Source: Escherichia phage Cyrano. Taken from it: 64,000 nt of DNA. The notes under the pieces are model-generated. The model saw nothing but the letters and a program-made list of their open reading frames with translations, made no database searches and had not been told where the DNA came from. The stretch lies in sequence record OV696614, one strand, 5' to 3'. Positions 58,842 through 64,000 of this stretch are shown piece by piece (within the stretch, counting starts at the first letter, position 1; each line of letters opens with the position of its first letter). The position numbers and the translations under genes were made by a program.

Positions 58842-59120
58842 TTACGGCAACCTGCTCAGTATTTCCTCTAGATCTTTTTTTGTCATATTGGAGTTTTCAT
58901 AGATGCGCATGATTTTCTCACGCGTCTTAGCGGAAACCCCAACGGCAGATGTGACTTTGTCAAATTCAGCCATAGTCATCGTCTCCAGAATGGCATTGAT
59001 AACTTCAGCCTTAGACATCTTGATTTTTTTCTCTTTGAGTTTTATTTGGAATTTTCCAAGTTTTTCATTGGCCTTATCAGACAATGCCACCTGGCAATAA
59101 GTTGTTTTCTTTTCGCTCAT
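58842..59120 (-). CDS. small basic protein (possible DNA-binding), coupled to the helicase gene
   Basis: 92-codon ORF whose ATG lies 2 nt after the helicase stop codon; Lys-rich. Confidence 0.4.
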   Translation of the reverse strand: MSEKKTTYCQVALSDKANEKLGKFQIKLKEKKIKMSKAEVINAILETMTMAEFDKVTSAVGVSAKTREKIMRIYENSNMTKKDLEEILSRLP

Positions 59121-59122
59121 AA

Positions 59123-60682
59123 CTAATCTCGTTTCAGAACTCCAAAATCGAATGCGCCATCAATAGGCAATACACCTTCTGCAAAGCCAGGTGTGGTGTC
59201 GATGATGTGTTTTCGCTCATAAGAGTGAGACAACAGGTATTTGTTGCTAATGTCAATGAAATCAGTGATAAAACACACGTTTGCCTGATTCTTCTTGGCT
59301 CGTAAGCCACGACCGACACGCTGTCTCATTTCAACTTCTGCTTTCCCACCACCAGCAAGAATGACCGCACCAACGCTTGGCACATCAACACCAACATCCA
59401 GAATAGTCGAGCCTATTAAAACATCTATTTCACCAGACGCTAAACTGTTCAGCTTTGCTTGCCTTGTCGACTGGTTCGATTCCCCATAAATGAAGTCAAC
59501 TCTAAGGCCGGACTCTTTCATCATTTCCATCAGGATTTGCCCGTGGCGTTTAAGACGAACCAGAGTCATGCAATTGAGAGAATGTTGCTTATAGAGCAAT
59601 GCTTCGCGCACAATGGCCTCGTTACGTCCCAAATTATACACGATCCCCAACTGATAAGCCTTTTGGTAGGCGGTGCTCATACCAACTCTAAAATTGAGGT
59701 GTTTGTTGGCAAGTTCGGCCTTGATTCTGGCCTCGTCTGGCTTGTAGGCAACTTTATGATAAAGGAAGTACGGTTTTGCCAGAATGCCTCGATCAATCAG
59801 GTACTTTTCTGTGACTTTGATTTCAATTCGCCCAGCCACAGCCATCAGACGCATGTTGGCTTCTGTAGAATCCTTCATGAACGGCGTGGCCGTAAGTGCC
59901 AGACGATAGTCTGCGTTCACACATAATCTGGCAATGTCATAGAAATTAGAACCTGAAGACTCATGCGCCTCTTCCAGAATAAGCAGAGACACACTTGAAA
60001 GGAAGCGTTTCACCAAGTCCCGACGTTTGAGGTGGTAGCTTTTCTTATCTGGTGTTGCATCGCGTGGTGGTTCTTCGAGGAAACTTGCAAGAGTTTGAAC
60101 TGTAGCGACGTTGATATGTCGTGATACCTGGAACTCACCCGAGCCAATGACTCCAACCTTTTGGTCTTTTAACCACGGTTCGCCATTTTTGGCGCGGTAG
60201 TCGATGGATCTCTGGAAGTTTTCGGCCATTTGAAACATCAGAACAGAGCGGGTTGTTAAAAATAATGTCATTCGACCGATACGTGCAGCTGCTTTGCAGG
60301 CAACATTAGATTTCCCGCCACCAGTAGCGATCTGCGCAATCATCATTCCCTCTCGAACCAGTGTTTCCACAGTCTGATCCTGATACGCATAATCAGGATT
60401 GTATGGGAATGGGTTAACCGCCGGATTTGGTTTACCAAGCGCCGGGGCTTTGTCTTTGCGGATATGAACACATTTGATGCCCGCCTTGTTCAAGTTCGCC
60501 GCTACAGGCTTGGCAAAGCCAGCAGGGAACGAGTTTTTACTCCAGTTGAACATCGTGCTTGTGCCCTTCCAGTCGCCAGTCTCGACTTCGTAGCTCAACA
60601 TCTGTTGCACCATTTGCTTTACCTTGTCATCTGCGCCAGAAATAAGCGCATTAACTGCGTTAGATACAATCCGAACAGTCAT
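59123..60682 (-). CDS. superfamily 2 DEAD/DEAH-box-type helicase
   Basis: Motif I IATGGGKS, motif II LILEEAHE, motif III LTATP, motif VI QRVGRGLR, in canonical order. Confidence 0.7.
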   Translation of the reverse strand: MTVRIVSNAVNALISGADDKVKQMVQQMLSYEVETGDWKGTSTMFNWSKNSFPAGFAKPVAANLNKAGIKCVHIRKDKAPALGKPNPAVNPFPYNPDYAYQDQTVETLVREGMMIAQIATGGGKSNVACKAAARIGRMTLFLTTRSVLMFQMAENFQRSIDYRAKNGEPWLKDQKVGVIGSGEFQVSRHINVATVQTLASFLEEPPRDATPDKKSYHLKRRDLVKRFLSSVSLLILEEAHESSGSNFYDIARLCVNADYRLALTATPFMKDSTEANMRLMAVAGRIEIKVTEKYLIDRGILAKPYFLYHKVAYKPDEARIKAELANKHLNFRVGMSTAYQKAYQLGIVYNLGRNEAIVREALLYKQHSLNCMTLVRLKRHGQILMEMMKESGLRVDFIYGESNQSTRQAKLNSLASGEIDVLIGSTILDVGVDVPSVGAVILAGGGKAEVEMRQRVGRGLRAKKNQANVCFITDFIDISNKYLLSHSYERKHIIDTTPGFAEGVLPIDGAFDFGVLKRD

Positions 60683-60764
60683 AAACCTCTTTCCTTAGTG
60701 CCTTTTGTATGTTATTTGGCTATTATAATAAGTAAGTGACTACTTAGTGGATTGTAGCAATAAA

Positions 60765-61445
60765 ATGGATGTAAAAATCACGATTTTGCAGGTTGATGTT
60801 GCCAACCTTCGCCCGAATACCTGGAACACCAATTCGGTTGGTGCGCAGAATTTTGAAAAACTGAAAGGTTCTATCGAAAAATTGGGCTTTTTTAAGCCAA
60901 TTTTGGCTCGTGAACTTGAAGATGGATTTTTTGAAATCCTCGGCGGCGAACATCGCTGGCGTGCTGCTATTGAGCAAGGAATTTCAACGGTTCCGGTGCT
61001 TTCTGTGGGCAAAATTAGCGATGTCGTAGCTAAACAGATGTCACTGGTGGACAACGAGCGATACGGTGAAGACGACCAAATCGCATTGCAACGCTTCATT
61101 GAAGAAATTCAGTCAGAACTTGACTATCAACTGTCTGAAATCGCCCCGTATGACGACGAAATCTCGATGGTTTTAGCAAAAGAGGCGGCAATCGACCTTG
61201 AAGCACTGGAGGCGTTGTCTCGTGGTAGTGATGAGCCTGTCGATACCGACAAACGAGAGAAAACCGAACGTGTCGGTGCGGAACATCAGACCATGCGCTT
61301 CAAAGTAACTTTCGATGCGTCAGATCGTGTTGCAGAAACCATAAAAAACATCATCAAAGAGCAGGCTATTAACACCGGTAATGAAATGGAGAACGCTGGT
61401 GAGGCTCTGGTGTGGCTGGTCGACTACTACAAGGAGCGTATGTAA
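60765..61445 (+). CDS. ParB/Srx-like N-terminal (ParB nuclease) domain protein 1
   Basis: LRPNTWNTNSV...LKGSIEKLGFFKPILAREL...EILGGEHRWRAA matches the ParB N-terminal domain signature (GERRWRAA-like). Start set at ATG 60765. Confidence 0.65.
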   Translation: MDVKITILQVDVANLRPNTWNTNSVGAQNFEKLKGSIEKLGFFKPILARELEDGFFEILGGEHRWRAAIEQGISTVPVLSVGKISDVVAKQMSLVDNERYGEDDQIALQRFIEEIQSELDYQLSEIAPYDDEISMVLAKEAAIDLEALEALSRGSDEPVDTDKREKTERVGAEHQTMRFKVTFDASDRVAETIKNIIKEQAINTGNEMENAGEALVWLVDYYKERM

Positions 61446-62113
61446 TGACCAAAAAGTTTGAAATCGTATATCGCGACCCGGCAGATCTTATTCCCTATGA
61501 GATGAATGCCAAAAAGCATGATGAACAGCAGATCCGAGATCTGGCCGCAGCCATTAAAAAGCGCGGATTTGACCAGCCAATTACGGTCGATAAGAACGAC
61601 GTAATTATTACTGGCCACGGCCGCCGTGAGGCTGCAATTTTTGCTGGACTTGAGCGCGTACCGGTTATTGTTCGCGATGATCTCAGTGATGACGAGGTTC
61701 GTGCGAAGCGCCTTGAAGATAACCGACTTGCCAGCATTGATTACGATGCAATTAAGCTACAGAAAGAGCTTGAGTCGCTTGTTCTGGACGATATTGAGGT
61801 TTTCGGCTTTGAAGAGCGTGAGTTGAATGTTCTCGTTGGCAGTATGACAGAAGAAATGGACACCGACTCGCTAGTTATCGATCTTGGCGAAGAAACTAAA
61901 CGACAGAAGGATGAACACACCGAGATCAGTCGTGAAGTTGCAGCGGAAGAAGTACGTGTTGTCGACGTATTGGGCTTTAAAACGCTCCCTGCTGGCTCTG
62001 CCATTGTTGTTGGTGATTTGCTTGCCCACATGGAAGAAATGACGGGAGAAAGCGGGGTAGACGCATTTGTGGCATATGCGGAGAAGATCTCTTCCGGGGA
62101 GATGGCTGCATGA
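61445..62113 (+). CDS. ParB/Srx-like N-terminal (ParB nuclease) domain protein 2
   Basis: LIPYEMNAKKHDEQQIRDLAAAIKKRGFDQPITV...ITGHGRREAA is a second ParB-N-like signature; start overlaps the upstream stop (TAATG). Confidence 0.65.
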   Translation: MTKKFEIVYRDPADLIPYEMNAKKHDEQQIRDLAAAIKKRGFDQPITVDKNDVIITGHGRREAAIFAGLERVPVIVRDDLSDDEVRAKRLEDNRLASIDYDAIKLQKELESLVLDDIEVFGFEERELNVLVGSMTEEMDTDSLVIDLGEETKRQKDEHTEISREVAAEEVRVVDVLGFKTLPAGSAIVVGDLLAHMEEMTGESGVDAFVAYAEKISSGEMAA

Positions 62114-62775
62114 GCAAATACATCATCAACGTATCGTTTCAGACACGCGTAAATAAAACCACGCGCACGTTGGAAATCGCTGAGTCGTTCGGGCTTGGCC
62201 TGGACGAAAAAGAGTGGACGCTTTACGACAATCTGGATCTGGAAGTGAAGCAGGGCGATGTGGTGTACATCACCGGCCAATCCGGTTCCGGCAAATCCGT
62301 TGTGCTGCGCGAGTTGCAACGACAGATGAAGGATGAAGGGCTGTCTGTAGCCTCCATCGATGATTTTACCTTCGATAATGAGGTTAACGTCATCGATCAG
62401 TTGGGCAAAACGACCAGTGATGCGCTTGGGTTGTTATCTATGGCTGGTCTGAACGATGCATATCTGTTTGTTCGCAAGCCTTCTGAAATGTCAGACGGTC
62501 AGAAATATCGTCTCAAGATTGCCAAACTGATTGAGTCAGGCGCTAAAGTGTGGGCTGCTGACGAGTTCGGTGCTGTTCTAGACCGTGTAACCGCCCAGGT
62601 TGTGGCATCTAACCTCCAGCGTGCCGCTCGAAAGGTTGGTGCGACGGTAATGGTGGCGACGACTCACGAAGACCTGAAGAACGCGCTGCGCCCGGATATG
62701 CAGATCACCAAGCACTACAAAGAACGCGTGAAGGTGGAATATCACAATGGTAGTCATGATGAGGTTCATTTATGA
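62110..62775 (+). CDS. soluble ABC-type ATPase (nucleotide-binding domain only)
   Basis: Walker A GQSGSGKS, ABC signature-like MSDGQKYRL, Walker B VWAADEFG, D-loop AVLD, H-loop ATTHE, in ABC order; 221 aa with no transmembrane or TOPRIM domain. Confidence 0.6.
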   Translation: MSKYIINVSFQTRVNKTTRTLEIAESFGLGLDEKEWTLYDNLDLEVKQGDVVYITGQSGSGKSVVLRELQRQMKDEGLSVASIDDFTFDNEVNVIDQLGKTTSDALGLLSMAGLNDAYLFVRKPSEMSDGQKYRLKIAKLIESGAKVWAADEFGAVLDRVTAQVVASNLQRAARKVGATVMVATTHEDLKNALRPDMQITKHYKERVKVEYHNGSHDEVHL

Positions 62776-63662
62776 CGGACATCATCATTAAACGCTACCG
62801 CCCTGAAGAGTTTCCGCGTCATCTGGACTTTCTGGAGCGAATGACTGTCACAAAGGGAACTGTAGAGGACTGGCACGCTCTTAAGTCGCTTCACTACAAA
62901 ACAGACGGCAAACCTTTCGCGCCAACTTACTATCGCTGCGAACTTGATGACCGTCTGGTGGGCGTCGTGGTTATGGCTTACCCGAAACTACTGTTGGCAC
63001 CTCGCCACCGCATGTTTCCTAAGTTGAAACCAACCACTAATACCACCGTGGCTAACCAGTACTGGGGTCGGTACGTGAATAACAACTTTGCGGTGATCAG
63101 TCGCTCAGTTGTGGATACTCAGTATCGTGGCGTAGGCGTCTCTTATCGAATGATTAACCTGGTTAGCAGGATGCATGACCGGCCAATCATTGAGATCCAG
63201 TCCTCGATGAGCAAATACAATCCCTTCGCCATGAAAGCAGGGTTTAAGTTCATCCGCCCTGAGCGACCGAAGAGCTATGAAAGTGCACTGCGTGTATTCC
63301 AGCGCCATTTCCGTTCCGACCCGGGTGATAACGAGGCGATCGTCAAAGAGTTGTTCGCAATGAGCGAGTCTCGTCGTCGCCGTGCATTGCGTGATCTGGT
63401 GGCGGACTACCACAAGAACAGTTCCCTGGCAAAAGCTGGGCGGAATCGTGGCACGACGATTCAGGACATTGCCGACAGTCTGGTGGACGAGGCCAGCATT
63501 GTGAAGCTGCTCAAGGACATTCACAACCTGAGCTTTACGTCTCCGTTGTATGGTGTGTACCGAAACCCTGACTTTGGCCGTCGACTGCCTGACACGCTGC
63601 CACTGCTGGCATTCGACAAACAACCTTTGGATAAACCGTTAGAAATTGCTTTACCGGCATAA
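62772..63662 (+). CDS. GNAT-fold acyltransferase-like protein (putative)
   Basis: VVDTQYRGVGVSYRMINLV resembles GNAT motif A (R/Q-x-x-G-x-G/A) and NPFAMKAGFKF resembles motif B; about 120 aa C-terminal extension. Confidence 0.45.
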   Translation: MTDIIIKRYRPEEFPRHLDFLERMTVTKGTVEDWHALKSLHYKTDGKPFAPTYYRCELDDRLVGVVVMAYPKLLLAPRHRMFPKLKPTTNTTVANQYWGRYVNNNFAVISRSVVDTQYRGVGVSYRMINLVSRMHDRPIIEIQSSMSKYNPFAMKAGFKFIRPERPKSYESALRVFQRHFRSDPGDNEAIVKELFAMSESRRRRALRDLVADYHKNSSLAKAGRNRGTTIQDIADSLVDEASIVKLLKDIHNLSFTSPLYGVYRNPDFGRRLPDTLPLLAFDKQPLDKPLEIALPA

Positions 63663-63671
63663 GGATTTGCC

Positions 63672-63938
63672 ATGACGTTAACCGATAAACAAAAGGACAT
63701 CATCAAAACGCTCAATCTCGGTTATGAGCGAGGTCATCTACTTGATCTGGACGAATTGCTTGAAGTTTTGCCGTACAAGACAACCAAGCAAAGTATCCAG
63801 TTCTCAATTCGCGCTCTGATAAAAAAGGGGCTGGTGGAGAAAGGGCATACGCGCCAACGCAGTGACAATCGCTATCACCGCCGAACTCTTGGGTTAACCA
63901 CTTTAGGTCGAGCCAAAGCGAAGTTACTGGTGATGTAA
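63672..63938 (+). CDS. small putative winged-helix DNA-binding protein
   Basis: 88 aa; IQFSIRALIKKGLVEKGH resembles a winged-helix recognition helix/wing; last gene of the plus-strand cluster. Confidence 0.35.
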   Translation: MTLTDKQKDIIKTLNLGYERGHLLDLDELLEVLPYKTTKQSIQFSIRALIKKGLVEKGHTRQRSDNRYHRRTLGLTTLGRAKAKLLVM

Positions 63939-64000
63939 TCGGTCTGGGAGCTTATTTAAAGACCTGCATCTGTATATATAAATAATAAGTAACTTATTAA

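Noticed and set aside
1-64000. Classification as a strictly lytic T4/T5-like phage genome segment
   Set aside because: Although many genes resemble T4-type DNA metabolism functions, the RepA-iteron replicon with GATC and DnaA boxes, the toxin-antitoxin-like pair, the SOS-regulated humD-like gene and Dam-like methylase fit a plasmid-maintained temperate element better; this remains an inference without a database search.

Overview
Read by eye, with no database search possible, this window looks like a segment of an enterobacterial phage-plasmid-type element (gene content like the SSU5/pHCM2 group, replicon layout like P1). It carries a dense plus-strand DNA replication, recombination and nucleotide-metabolism module: CobT/CobS-like pair, DnaE-like polymerase, gp32-like SSB, 5'-3' exonuclease, an intein-containing RecA, SbcCD-like nuclease, RuvC-like resolvase, NrdAB, ThyA, DHFR, DnaQ-like exonuclease, Dam-like methylase and RNase HI. 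A plasmid-style replicon sits at 15.8-18.0 kb (RepA between iteron arrays, DnaA boxes, GATC clusters). Embedded at 45.3-48.7 kb are two apparently host-derived housekeeping genes (apbC/mrp and metG), next to a LexA-box-controlled UmuD'-like gene. The 3' third is made of small gene cassettes bracketed by hairpins, repeat arrays and an unusual G-depleted CA-rich segment. The strongest candidates for an undescribed system are the terminal cluster of two ParB-like proteins, an ABC-type ATPase and a GNAT-fold protein (60.7-63.9 kb), and the adjacent SF2-helicase operon. Two recurrent upstream motifs suggest a shared regulatory network. No rRNA, tRNA or CRISPR array was recognised.
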